From: an uncultured bacterium
Lineage (GTDB): Bacteria; Bacillota_I; Bacilli_A; RFN20; CAG-826
Assembly (NCBI GenBank): GCA_949288485.1
Contig: CASEKC010000001.1
Location: forward strand, 166,241 to 230,240
Direction of reading: 5' to 3'
DNA: 64,000 nucleotides
Position numbers and translations under genes: made by a program. A model generated the notes under the pieces. It made no database searches and had not been told where the DNA came from. It saw nothing but the letters and a program-made list of their open reading frames with translations. Shown piece by piece: positions 41,791-51,273 of the stretch. How positions within the stretch are numbered: the stretch's first letter is position 1; each line of letters starts with the position of its first letter.

Positions 41791-43230
41791 TTAAATTTTA
41801 CCTTCTCTATCAATATTTTCTTTAATTTCAGAATCACCTAAATTTGAGAATTTATCAATCATCATCTTGCTTTTAACATTATGTTGTAAGTTACATGGAC
41901 CACCAATACATCCACCTTCACAAGCCATACCTTCAATAAAATTAAATAAGTTTTTATTATTTTTAAGCTCTAAAAGTGCTTTACGGATATTATCCATTCC
42001 ATCAACATTTATACCTTTAACTTCAAAATCAGTATTTGTTTCTTTTAATGCTTGTTCAACAGCTTTTGATAATCCACCACATTTAGCAAATCCTCTACCG
42101 AATTTAGAACCTTTTTTAAATTCTTCTTCTGGAAGAGAAGCTAAATCTATTTCATATGCATCAAATAAAGCTTGAAGTTCTTCAAAAGTCATTACACTAT
42201 CAACATATGGACTAACTCTTGGATTTTTAATTTCGCTCTTTTTAGCTGTACAAGGACCAATAAAAACAATTTTTGCAAGAGGATCTTTCTCTTTAATATA
42301 TTTTGAAATCATTGCCATTGGTGAAAGTGATGAAGAAATATATTTAGAAAGTTCTGGGAAGAATTTTCTAATATATAATGCGAATGCTGGACAGCATGAA
42401 GACGTTAAAACTTCTCTTTCAGCAAGTTCATGACTTTCTTCTAAAGCAACCATATCAGCTCCTAAAGCAGCTTCAAAAATACTTCCAAAACCAAGTTGTT
42501 TAATACCAGCAACAATTTGTCCTGTTTTATAATCTAAGAAATTTCCACCAATTGAAGGTGCTACTACTGCATAAATATGATTTTTAGCGTTAGTTCTAAG
42601 AATATTTAAAATTTCTTTAATATAGGATACATCAACAATTGCACCAAATGGGCAAGTATAAACACATGCACCACAATGGATACATTTTTCATCATTAATA
42701 ACTGCTGAATTATCATCTTCTAGCATATTAGGCGAAATTGCTTTTTGTTTACAAGCTCTTTCACATGGTCTAACTCTATTTTCAATAGCGCTATATGGAC
42801 ATGCTTTTGCACATAAACCACAATTTATACAATTGCTCTTATCAATTTTAGCTCTTAAACCATCTGTAAAAGATATACATTTTTTTGGACATGCTTCATA
42901 ACATCTATGAGCAATACAACCTCTACATTGATCGCTTGAAACAGTATATCCACCTAAAGGACATTCATCACAAGCAATAGAAATAACTTTAATAACATTT
43001 GAATCATCTTTACTTGAAGCATTCAAAATCAATTTAACTCTTTCTTCGACAATTGCTCTTTCTTTATAAACGCAACATCTAAATGAAGGTTTTTTTCCAG
43101 GAATAACATTATGAACAATGTTAGATAAATCATTATAGTCTAATTGAGTTTTCCCTTCTTTTAAATATTTAACAGTTTCTACTAAAACTTTATGTTTAAG
43201 TTCTTGGACTCTCGTTTCAAATTTAATCAT
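41791..43230 (-). CDS. [FeFe]-hydrogenase, M2-type (two ferredoxin-like [4Fe-4S] clusters plus H-cluster domain)
   Basis: Two CxxCxxCxxxCP ferredoxin motifs are followed by the H-cluster signatures TSSCCPAF (L1), IGPCTAKKSE (L2) and EGMACEGGCIGGP (L3). Confidence 0.8.
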   Translation of the reverse strand: MIKFETRVQELKHKVLVETVKYLKEGKTQLDYNDLSNIVHNVIPGKKPSFRCCVYKERAIVEERVKLILNASSKDDSNVIKVISIACDECPLGGYTVSSDQCRGCIAHRCYEACPKKCISFTDGLRAKIDKSNCINCGLCAKACPYSAIENRVRPCERACKQKAISPNMLEDDNSAVINDEKCIHCGACVYTCPFGAIVDVSYIKEILNILRTNAKNHIYAVVAPSIGGNFLDYKTGQIVAGIKQLGFGSIFEAALGADMVALEESHELAEREVLTSSCCPAFALYIRKFFPELSKYISSSLSPMAMISKYIKEKDPLAKIVFIGPCTAKKSEIKNPRVSPYVDSVMTFEELQALFDAYEIDLASLPEEEFKKGSKFGRGFAKCGGLSKAVEQALKETNTDFEVKGINVDGMDNIRKALLELKNNKNLFNFIEGMACEGGCIGGPCNLQHNVKSKMMIDKFSNLGDSEIKENIDREGKI

Positions 43231-43358
43231 ATATCTTCCTTTCCTAAAATTTACCTTAATATTTTATCAAAAATGACTGTTTAAATATATGAAAAAATTA
43301 CCAATTTTAAAGTATTTTTCTACTAATTTATAAAAGAAAGTTATATAATCAAAAACCG

Positions 43359-44168
43359 ATGGAAAAACTTTATTCAAATTATCACACACATACCTTTAGA
43401 TGCGGTCACGCATTAGAAAATAAAGACGAAGAATATGTTTTAAAAGCAATCGAATTAGGTTATAAAAATTTAGGTTTTTCAGACCATGGTCCTTTTAAAA
43501 ATATTATCGATCCAAGAATGAGAATGGATTTTGAAAACGGTTTTAAAGACTATCTAAATTCGATTTTAACATTAAAAGAAAAATATAAAGATAAAATTAA
43601 TATACATTTAGGTTTAGAAATTGAATATATAAAAGAAAAGGATTCTTTTTATAAAGAATTATTTAACAATTACAAAATTGAATATTTAATCATCGGACAA
43701 CATATGAAATATGATGAAGATGGTAAAAAACTATTATATTTTAAAAAAGATGATCGAATTAATGATTTTATAAACTATAAAAACGATTTAATCGATGGGA
43801 TTAACAGTGGATACTTTACTTATGTTGCTCATCCCGATTTATTTTTTAATCATATAAGTAAAATTACTCCTGAAATCGATAAAATTATCGAAGAAATTTG
43901 TCTTGCTACATTAAAAAAAGATATTCCTTTAGAAATTAATATAAATGGTGAAAAAAATAATAAATTTAACGCTATAAAAAAGGGAAATCTTCATTATCCT
44001 TCTAGTTATTTTTTTAAAAAAGCAAATCAAATTGGTAATAAATTTATTTTTGGTGTTGATGCCCATGCTCCTTCTGATTTTGATAAAATTGATTATGATT
44101 ATTTTACTCATTTTTTAAAAGAAACTGGGATTGATGAAAATAAAATTATCAAAGAATTAAAATTTTAA
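43359..44168 (+). CDS. PHP-domain phosphoesterase (HisJ/YcdX-like histidinol-phosphatase family)
   Basis: An N-terminal YHTHTFRCGHA motif with downstream His/Asp metal ligands typical of the PHP fold. Confidence 0.65.
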   Translation: MEKLYSNYHTHTFRCGHALENKDEEYVLKAIELGYKNLGFSDHGPFKNIIDPRMRMDFENGFKDYLNSILTLKEKYKDKINIHLGLEIEYIKEKDSFYKELFNNYKIEYLIIGQHMKYDEDGKKLLYFKKDDRINDFINYKNDLIDGINSGYFTYVAHPDLFFNHISKITPEIDKIIEEICLATLKKDIPLEININGEKNNKFNAIKKGNLHYPSSYFFKKANQIGNKFIFGVDAHAPSDFDKIDYDYFTHFLKETGIDENKIIKELKF

Positions 44169-44185
44169 ACTTATTTTTCATAAAT

Positions 44186-44218
44186 AAAAGGCGTTATCTC
44201 GAGATAACGCCTTTTTTT
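44186..44218. terminator. bidirectional terminator
   Basis: aaaaGGCGTTATCTCgaGATAACGCCttttttt, between the PHP gene and adhE. Confidence 0.65.
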
Positions 44219-44234
44219 ATATTTTTTTATTTAA

Positions 44235-46850
44235 TTAGTCTTCAACTTTGTAACCGTTATATGCATCTTTTAAGATTTGAACCATATCTTGGATCATTGG
44301 AATACGTGGGTTACATGGAGTACATTGATCTTCGAAAGCAAGATAAGCTAATTCTTCAGCTTTATCATTCCAGACCTTTTCATCGATATTTTCAGCTTTG
44401 AAACACATTGGTTCGCCACATTCAATACCTAATTTATAAATAGCATCTGCTAATGATTTAACACCTTCAGCATCAGTTTTTGCTTTTAAACCAAGTAATC
44501 TAGCAATTTTTGCATAACGTTTATCAGCATCGTAAACATTATATTTTGGCCATGTACCTAATTTTTGTGGGACTTGACCATTATATCTAACGACAAATGG
44601 TAAAAGAATTGCATTAGCTCTACCATGGACAACATGGAATTGACCGCCAATTTTGTGAGCCATTGAGTGACACATACCTAAGAAAGCATTAGCGAATGCC
44701 ATACCTGCCATTGTTGAAGCATTATGCATTTTTTCTCTAGCTTCAAGGTCGTTTTTACCATTTTTAACAGCACGTGGTAAATATTCAAAGACCATTTGAA
44801 TAGCTTGGATTGCTAAAGCATCTGTATAATCACTTGCAAGCATAGAAACATAAGCTTCTAAAGCGTGAGTTAAAACGTCTAAACCAGTATCAGCTGTAAC
44901 TCTTGGAGGTAAATTTGTAGTGAATTCAGGGTCAACAATAGCGATTGTTGGAGTTAATGTATAGTCTGTTAATGGATATTTTTTAGAATTTGCTCTATCG
45001 GAAATAACAGCGAATGGTGTAACTTCACTACCTGTACCTGATGTAGTTGGGATACAAATTAATTTAGATTTTTTACCTAATTCTGGATAACGGAAAGCTC
45101 TCTTTCTAATATCCATGAATTTTTGTTTTAAATCGTCGAAATTGACTTCTGGGTTTTCATAATATAACCACATACCTTTAGCAGCGTCCATTGCGGAACC
45201 ACCACCAAGAGCAATAATTGTATCTGGTTGGAAATCGTGCATTAATGTAGCACCTTTCTTAACAGTTGTAATATCTGGATCTGGTTCAACACTTGTGAAT
45301 AATTGAATTTCAACTTTATTTCTTCTTAATTGTAATTGATCTAATACTTTTTGTAAGAAGCCTAATTCAACCATTGAGTTATCAGTAACGACAAAAGCTT
45401 TGTTGAGGTTTTTAGCATCTTTTAAGTATTGAATACTATTTCTTTCAAAATAAATTTTGCTTGGAATCTTAAACCATTGCATATTATTTCTCCTCTTACC
45501 AATTCTCTTAATATTAATTAAGTTAATAGCACTAACGTTACCACTAACTGAGTTGTGTCCATAAGAACCACAACCTAAAGTCATTGATGGGAGGAATGAG
45601 TTATAAATATTACCAATACCACCAAATGATGTTGGGGAATTCCAAATAATTCTACATGCTTTTAATCTAACACCGAATTTATCAGCTAAATCTTTATCAG
45701 ATGTATGGATACAAGCACTGTGTCCTAAACCGCCGAGTTCAACCATAGCTTCTGCTAAATCGAAGCCATTTTTGGTATCTTTTGATTTAATAAGAGCTAA
45801 AACTGGTGATAATTTTTCTCTTGTTAATGGTTCATCCATTCCAACTTTTGAACATTCAACAATTAAAATTGGTGTATTTTTTGGAACTTCGAAACCAGCT
45901 TCATGAGCAATTTCCCAAGCTGGGTGACCGACTAATCCAGCATAAAGAGCTGTTGATTTTCCATCTTTTGTTGGTCTAAACATATATTTTTCAAGTAATT
46001 CTTTTTCTTGTTTATTACAAACATATGCTCCATATCTCTTAATATCTTTAAGGAATTCATCATAAATTTCTTTATCGACAATAGCAGCTTGTTCAGAAGC
46101 ACAAACCATACCATTATCAAATGCTTTTGACATTAAGATATCATTGGCTGCTTGAGCAACATTACAAGTTTTTTCAACATAAGCAGGAACGTTACCGGCA
46201 CCAACACCTAAAGCAGGTTTTCCACAACTATAAGCAGCAGTAACCATTGCGTTACCACCAGTAGCTAAAATACAAGCAACTCCTGGATGTTTCATTAATG
46301 CCGTAGTTGCATCTAAAGATGGATGCTCAATCCATTGAACACAATTTTCAGGTGCTCCAGCTTCAACAGCAGCCTTTAAAATAATTTTTGCAGTTTCAAC
46401 TGAACAATTTTGTGCATTTGGATGGAAACCGAAAATGATTGGGTTTCTTGTTTTTAAAGCAATTAAACATTTGAAAATTGTTGTTGATGTTGGGTTTGTA
46501 ACTGGTGTAACACCAGCAATAACTCCAAGAGGATCAGCAACTTCTGTAACTCCAGTAACTGGGTCATCAGAAATAATTCCACATGTTTTTAAATGTCTCA
46601 TTGCATTAACAACATATTCACATGCGAATAAGTTCTTAGTACATTTATCTTCGAAGACACCTCTTTTTGTTTCTTCAACAGCTAAACGTGCTAAATATTC
46701 GTGATGGTCTAAAACTTTTGTAGAAACTTTAGCGACGATGTAATCGACTTGTTCTTGATTTAGTTCACGAAATTTTTCTAAAGCGACTAAGCCTTTTTTT
46801 ACTAAGCCATCAACTTCAGCAACAGCTTTTGGATCTAATTCTTTTTCCAT
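44235..46850 (-). CDS. adhE: bifunctional acetaldehyde-CoA/alcohol dehydrogenase
   Basis: 871 aa with an N-terminal ALDH domain and a C-terminal Fe-ADH domain (GGGSAMDAAK, GxHxxAHxxG region). Confidence 0.95.
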   Translation of the reverse strand: MEKELDPKAVAEVDGLVKKGLVALEKFRELNQEQVDYIVAKVSTKVLDHHEYLARLAVEETKRGVFEDKCTKNLFACEYVVNAMRHLKTCGIISDDPVTGVTEVADPLGVIAGVTPVTNPTSTTIFKCLIALKTRNPIIFGFHPNAQNCSVETAKIILKAAVEAGAPENCVQWIEHPSLDATTALMKHPGVACILATGGNAMVTAAYSCGKPALGVGAGNVPAYVEKTCNVAQAANDILMSKAFDNGMVCASEQAAIVDKEIYDEFLKDIKRYGAYVCNKQEKELLEKYMFRPTKDGKSTALYAGLVGHPAWEIAHEAGFEVPKNTPILIVECSKVGMDEPLTREKLSPVLALIKSKDTKNGFDLAEAMVELGGLGHSACIHTSDKDLADKFGVRLKACRIIWNSPTSFGGIGNIYNSFLPSMTLGCGSYGHNSVSGNVSAINLINIKRIGKRRNNMQWFKIPSKIYFERNSIQYLKDAKNLNKAFVVTDNSMVELGFLQKVLDQLQLRRNKVEIQLFTSVEPDPDITTVKKGATLMHDFQPDTIIALGGGSAMDAAKGMWLYYENPEVNFDDLKQKFMDIRKRAFRYPELGKKSKLICIPTTSGTGSEVTPFAVISDRANSKKYPLTDYTLTPTIAIVDPEFTTNLPPRVTADTGLDVLTHALEAYVSMLASDYTDALAIQAIQMVFEYLPRAVKNGKNDLEAREKMHNASTMAGMAFANAFLGMCHSMAHKIGGQFHVVHGRANAILLPFVVRYNGQVPQKLGTWPKYNVYDADKRYAKIARLLGLKAKTDAEGVKSLADAIYKLGIECGEPMCFKAENIDEKVWNDKAEELAYLAFEDQCTPCNPRIPMIQDMVQILKDAYNGYKVED

Positions 46851-46857
46851 GTAACTT

Positions 46858-47502
46858 CTACTCCTTTATGTTATTTTTTTTAATATACAAACGATGTGCT
46901 AAACTGGCTAATGATTGAGCCATATTCATATTTGAAACGATAACATCATCGTTGACATCCAAATTTATAGGTGCAAAATTCCAAATTGCCTCAATTCCAC
47001 TTGCTACTAATCTAATAGCAACACCTTGAGCTTGAGCAGCTGGAACGCAAATTATTCCTATTGAAGCATCATAGCTTCTTCTTTTTTCTTTTAAGTCATC
47101 AATATTATAAACAGGAATATTATTTATAGTATTTCCAATCAAGTCTTTATTGTTGTCAAATGCAGCTACAATTTCAAGATTATAATCTTTAAAACCATTA
47201 TGATTTAATAAAGCCTTCCCTAAAGAACCACATCCAACTAAAATCGCTTTATGATTTTCATTATAACCTAATATATTCTGAATATCTTTGATTATTTTTT
47301 TAACTTCTCTTCCTTTATTAGGAATTCCAGAGGAAGTTGAAATAGCTTGCATATCTTTCTTAACTTGTTCACTATTTAAAGATAAATCGTTAGCGATTTG
47401 TAAAGTAGAAATAAACTCTACTTTCTCATCTTCTTTTTTTAGAAGATAAGTAAGATAATCAGGAAGTCTCCTTATTTGGTTTTTCGATAATTGAGCTTTC
47501 AT
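46858..47502 (-). CDS. rex: redox-sensing transcriptional repressor Rex
   Basis: An N-terminal winged helix (RLPDYLTYL) and a Rossmann GxGxxG motif (ILVGCGSLG) are present. It sits 7 bp upstream of adhE. Confidence 0.9.
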   Translation of the reverse strand: MKAQLSKNQIRRLPDYLTYLLKKEDEKVEFISTLQIANDLSLNSEQVKKDMQAISTSSGIPNKGREVKKIIKDIQNILGYNENHKAILVGCGSLGKALLNHNGFKDYNLEIVAAFDNNKDLIGNTINNIPVYNIDDLKEKRRSYDASIGIICVPAAQAQGVAIRLVASGIEAIWNFAPINLDVNDDVIVSNMNMAQSLASLAHRLYIKKNNIKE

Positions 47503-47603
47503 TTTATAATCGGTATTTTTTTACCGACTCTTATTTTATAATAATTTTTAATTTTTTACAATAATTATTTAAATAAAAAAGCCCCTTTTTTAAAGGAACT
47601 AAT

Positions 47604-48023
47604 TTAAATTCTTTTTTTGAAATTTAATATAAAGCCACATAGTTGAATAAAATAAAAAACAAAAGTTAATATAACTATTATATTAAATATTTCTTTATGA
47701 GGAAAAGATGGAAAATTTAAATATATAAAAATAGTTTTTACGATTTCTACTACGATAAATGGTAATGAAATAAATAAGCTTTTTTTACTACTTCTACCTA
47801 AAGAAATAACTCTTAAAGAATAAATTGAATAAATAAAACTATATATATGAGAAAATACAGTAAAAATTAGTGCGGCCCATCCTAATGGAAAGGAAGTTTC
47901 AGTTAAAACACCTAATTGATGATTAAAAAGAGCATAAACTATTGTTCCTCCACCAACTAGAGCAACAATAATTAAGGCAATTGATCCGATTAATACTAAT
48001 ATTTCACCAAAAAATTTATTCAT
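47604..48023 (-). CDS. small polytopic membrane protein
   Basis: 139 aa with 4 TM segments. Confidence 0.4.
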   Translation of the reverse strand: MNKFFGEILVLIGSIALIIVALVGGGTIVYALFNHQLGVLTETSFPLGWAALIFTVFSHIYSFIYSIYSLRVISLGRSSKKSLFISLPFIVVEIVKTIFIYLNFPSFPHKEIFNIIVILTFVFYFIQLCGFILNFKKRI

Positions 48024-48028
48024 AAAGT

Positions 48029-49279
48029 TTATTTATTATCTTTTGTTTCGTCATTTTTATTTTCATCAGTTTTATTTAAACCTTTATCTTGATTATTTTT
48101 TTGAGATTGATCATTTTTTAAATCATTAAATTCACTTTCTTTATCTAAATCAACTTTGCCTTCTTTTAGCATATCGTGTACTTTTTTATTAAATTCTTCA
48201 AATTCTTTTGTAAATTTTTCCTCTTCTTCTTTAGAAGCAAACTTATGATGAGCAACTTCTTCACCAACAAATTTAGTTAAATCTTCACTGCTAACTTTTA
48301 AATAAAAATATCTAAATTTTTCAGCCATAAGCATATTAAAATCTAAAATAACAGGTATAAATGGTAAAAGAAGAAATACTGTAACAATCATTGCGGTTAA
48401 TGAATTTAAAATTGCTGAAGTATTTAAGAAGAAAAACATCAATAAATATGTAGCTGAAAAAATAACAAAACATGCTAAATAATATGGCCACATTATTAAA
48501 TGGAATTTTTTATTATAATTAAATTCTTTTATAGATAAAGCTCTTTTAATAGATTTGTTTAAGAAAAATGGAGCAATTGGAAAACTTCCATCGCCTTGCA
48601 TTGCATAATAATTTATAAAAGATCTAGCAAATTTATATAAAAAGAAATAAAAAGCAACACTTACAGCTATAAAATTAGAAATTCCTGAAATAAAATTAAT
48701 TAAATCCTGATATTTAAATAAAATCTGAGAAATTTGTTCATAATATAATTCATTCCCAAGCATTGTATTTACACTATTAAATTCTTTTAAGAAAAGTTGA
48801 ATTGGACTGTTTTCAATACTTTGTCCAATCCCAACAATTAAAGCAACTATAATAAATTCTAAAACTAAATAAATAAGATAAGAATATAAAAGCCATTTAA
48901 ACAATTGTTGTATATTCTTTATACCTCTTCTTTTTCCAATTCTTCTAGTACCAATAAAAGACATAATATTAACTTGCGAAGAATCTTTTGTTTCTAACGC
49001 CATATTATTTGCAAAAAATGAATAAAAAAATGGAGAAAGAAAATTTACTAAAAAATATAGGATTAATAAAAGTAAAACAAGGCCTAAAAAATCGCTAAAA
49101 ATAGTAGGCATATAAGTTAAAATTAATGCCATAAATAAATAAATGACAATTAAAATTAATGAAAGTAATGCGCTAAATTTTATAGTAAAATTGAAATTTT
49201 TAAGAAATTTTTGATAGACCTTTTTAATCATTTCCCTCGCTACCTTTACCATATAAACGATAAATTTCTTGAACAGCAA
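48029..49279 (-). CDS. polytopic membrane protein with a charged Lys/Glu/Asp-rich C-terminal tail; start may be the internal ATG at 49231
   Basis: About 8 TM helices followed by a roughly 90-aa low-complexity acidic/basic tail. The 5' end as given in the track overlaps the NERD gene by 56 nt. MIKKVYQ at 49231 removes the overlap. Confidence 0.45.
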   Translation of the reverse strand: MLFKKFIVYMVKVAREMIKKVYQKFLKNFNFTIKFSALLSLILIVIYLFMALILTYMPTIFSDFLGLVLLLLILYFLVNFLSPFFYSFFANNMALETKDSSQVNIMSFIGTRRIGKRRGIKNIQQLFKWLLYSYLIYLVLEFIIVALIVGIGQSIENSPIQLFLKEFNSVNTMLGNELYYEQISQILFKYQDLINFISGISNFIAVSVAFYFFLYKFARSFINYYAMQGDGSFPIAPFFLNKSIKRALSIKEFNYNKKFHLIMWPYYLACFVIFSATYLLMFFFLNTSAILNSLTAMIVTVFLLLPFIPVILDFNMLMAEKFRYFYLKVSSEDLTKFVGEEVAHHKFASKEEEEKFTKEFEEFNKKVHDMLKEGKVDLDKESEFNDLKNDQSQKNNQDKGLNKTDENKNDETKDNK

Positions 49280-49895
49280 CTTCTAAATTTTCTTGGTTTA
49301 TATCTTTAACTCTTTTATCTTTTTCTAACTCTTTAATAAGTTTTGGAAGTTTGTTTACAGAAATAATATAACTTCTTCTTGAATTTAAATCTTTAGGATT
49401 TTGAATAACACAATCATCATTAACTAAAATAATTGAAATAAATAAATCTTTATTTATTCCGGTTAAAGAAATTAATTTTTCAATTCTTGTTTTATTAATA
49501 ATCATTGGATTATGAATTTCAGTTCTACCGTTTTGTTTATTAAAAAATAACCAAACACTATCGCTTTTATTACCGCTAATAGCACCTTTATAAAAACGAT
49601 CTTTAATAACATAAATGTATTTACGTGCAAAAAGAATATGATCGATAGTTGCAACATTAACTTCTTTATTTCTTAAATGTACATTATTTAATAATAAATA
49701 ATCGTTTTTTTCTGCAATTGAATATATTTTTTTATGATATACATATCTAAAATTACGATACATATATTTTTTTCTAAAAATAGGATAAAGAATTGCTATT
49801 AAAAGAAGAGCAATTAATAAAATTGCTCCTATAACAGCTATAATAGTAATCGCAATCGTGCTATTTTCAGTTAAAACTACAAGATTTAAATTCAT
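49224..49895 (-). CDS. membrane-anchored NERD (nuclease-related domain) protein
   Basis: An N-terminal TM (IAITIIAVIGAILLIALLLIAIL) is followed by a NERD-like core (IDHILFARKYIYVIKDRFYKGAISG…WLFF…G…NP). Confidence 0.5.
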   Translation of the reverse strand: MNLNLVVLTENSTIAITIIAVIGAILLIALLLIAILYPIFRKKYMYRNFRYVYHKKIYSIAEKNDYLLLNNVHLRNKEVNVATIDHILFARKYIYVIKDRFYKGAISGNKSDSVWLFFNKQNGRTEIHNPMIINKTRIEKLISLTGINKDLFISIILVNDDCVIQNPKDLNSRRSYIISVNKLPKLIKELEKDKRVKDINQENLEVAVQEIYRLYGKGSEGND

Positions 49896-49917
49896 ATAAT
49901 AGATAATATTTTACTGT

Positions 49918-50625
49918 CTAATCAGCCATTGATAAAGCGAGTTTAAACATTTCGTTAAGTTTTGTTTGTCTTTCTTCTTGTGTTAAATCTTTTTCTTTAC
50001 CAACAAATGTATCAGATACTGTTAAAATACATAACGCTTTTTTATGTAATCTCATAGCATTTAAAAATAAACCATAAGATTCCATTTCAACACCTAAAAC
50101 ACCTAATGCTTGGAATTTTTTATAATAATCTTTATCAGCATCATAGAAAATATCACTAGAGAAAATAGGACCGACATGTACAGGAATATTCATCTCTTTT
50201 GCGTGATTATATGCTTTTAAAAGAAGTGAAAAATCTGAACAAGGTGAAATAACTCCACCTTTAAGATCAAATTGTGAAGCATAATTAGAATTTGATGAAG
50301 CACTTGTTGCTAAAATAACATCACCAACACGGCATTCTTCTTGGTAAGAACCACATGTTCCAATACGAATAATATTTTCAACACCATAGCAAGTATAAAG
50401 TTCATAAGAATAAATACCAATTGATGGAATTCCCATTCCACTTGCCATAACACTAATTTCTTTTCCCTCTTTTGTTTTACCTGTGTAACCATAAATTCCA
50501 CGTACAGAAGTAACTTCTTTATAATCAGTGAGGAAATTTTCAGCAATATATTTTGCTCTTAATGGATCTCCTGGCATTAAAACTGTTTTTGCAAAATAAG
50601 CATTGTCTTTAATATGTGTTGACAT
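49918..50625 (-). CDS. deoD: purine nucleoside phosphorylase, DeoD type
   Basis: VLMPGDPLRAKYIAENFL and SVMASGMGIPS motifs are present. Confidence 0.9.
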   Translation of the reverse strand: MSTHIKDNAYFAKTVLMPGDPLRAKYIAENFLTDYKEVTSVRGIYGYTGKTKEGKEISVMASGMGIPSIGIYSYELYTCYGVENIIRIGTCGSYQEECRVGDVILATSASSNSNYASQFDLKGGVISPCSDFSLLLKAYNHAKEMNIPVHVGPIFSSDIFYDADKDYYKKFQALGVLGVEMESYGLFLNAMRLHKKALCILTVSDTFVGKEKDLTQEERQTKLNEMFKLALSMAD

Positions 50626-50637
50626 AATTTTCTCCTT

Positions 50638-51273
50638 TTAATCAATAATTATTTTGTTTTTATCATCAATACTTTTAATTATTTCAATTAAATCTAAAGT
50701 ATTAATTTCTCCTTTAAATGTTGATTTATCAAGATTCAAGATTTCTTCTTTTTTTAATTCTTTAAATCTTTCGTTTTTTATTTTATCAATTTTACTTTCA
50801 AAAATTAATAGATATTCCGGTAATGAATAAAATGTATTCCCATTAGTTAAACATTTACGGTGCTTCATCATAATAAGTTTTGGCTTTTTTAATAAATGTA
50901 TATCTTTTTCTTTCAAAATTTCATTAATTTTGTCATTGATTTTATGATTAATATCAATTAAAGAATTTATTATTTCAAATTCATTTTTATCATTTTTAAA
51001 TAATAAATAATTTTCTTCATCATCTTTAAATAGCAATACAATTCTTAAAACTGGTGAAGGATAGTAATCTTTATAAAAGAAATTTATTCTAGAAAAATTA
51101 ACATTTTCAAAATAATTTAACTCATTCATTAATTCTTCTTCAAGCTTTATGATTAAGTTTTCTTTTTTTGAAACATCTTCTTCTAGTTTATAAAGTTGAA
51201 TCAATGATAATTCTTTGAGTAAAAAATTATATAATTCAAGATTCTTTTTTTCGTTCATAATTAATTTAATCAC
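50638..51273 (-). CDS. hypothetical Lys/Glu-rich protein, co-transcribed after cdaA
   Basis: 211 aa with no recognisable motif. Its start overlaps the cdaA stop region. Confidence 0.35.
   Translation of the reverse strand: MIKLIMNEKKNLELYNFLLKELSLIQLYKLEEDVSKKENLIIKLEEELMNELNYFENVNFSRINFFYKDYYPSPVLRIVLLFKDDEENYLLFKNDKNEFEIINSLIDINHKINDKINEILKEKDIHLLKKPKLIMMKHRKCLTNGNTFYSLPEYLLIFESKIDKIKNERFKELKKEEILNLDKSTFKGEINTLDLIEIIKSIDDKNKIIID

Noticed and set aside
41867-42175. A 102-aa ORF antisense to the hydrogenase gene
   Set aside because: It sits antisense to a conserved cysteine-motif region and is an artefact.
45932-46704. Small ORFs antisense or out of frame inside adhE
   Set aside because: They lie within a conserved 871-aa gene.
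47575-47600. Candidate terminator or hairpin AAAAAAGCCCCTTTTTTAAAGG upstream of rex
   Set aside because: No stable stem of 5 bp or more with a loop of 3 nt or more can be drawn, so it was not called as a terminator.
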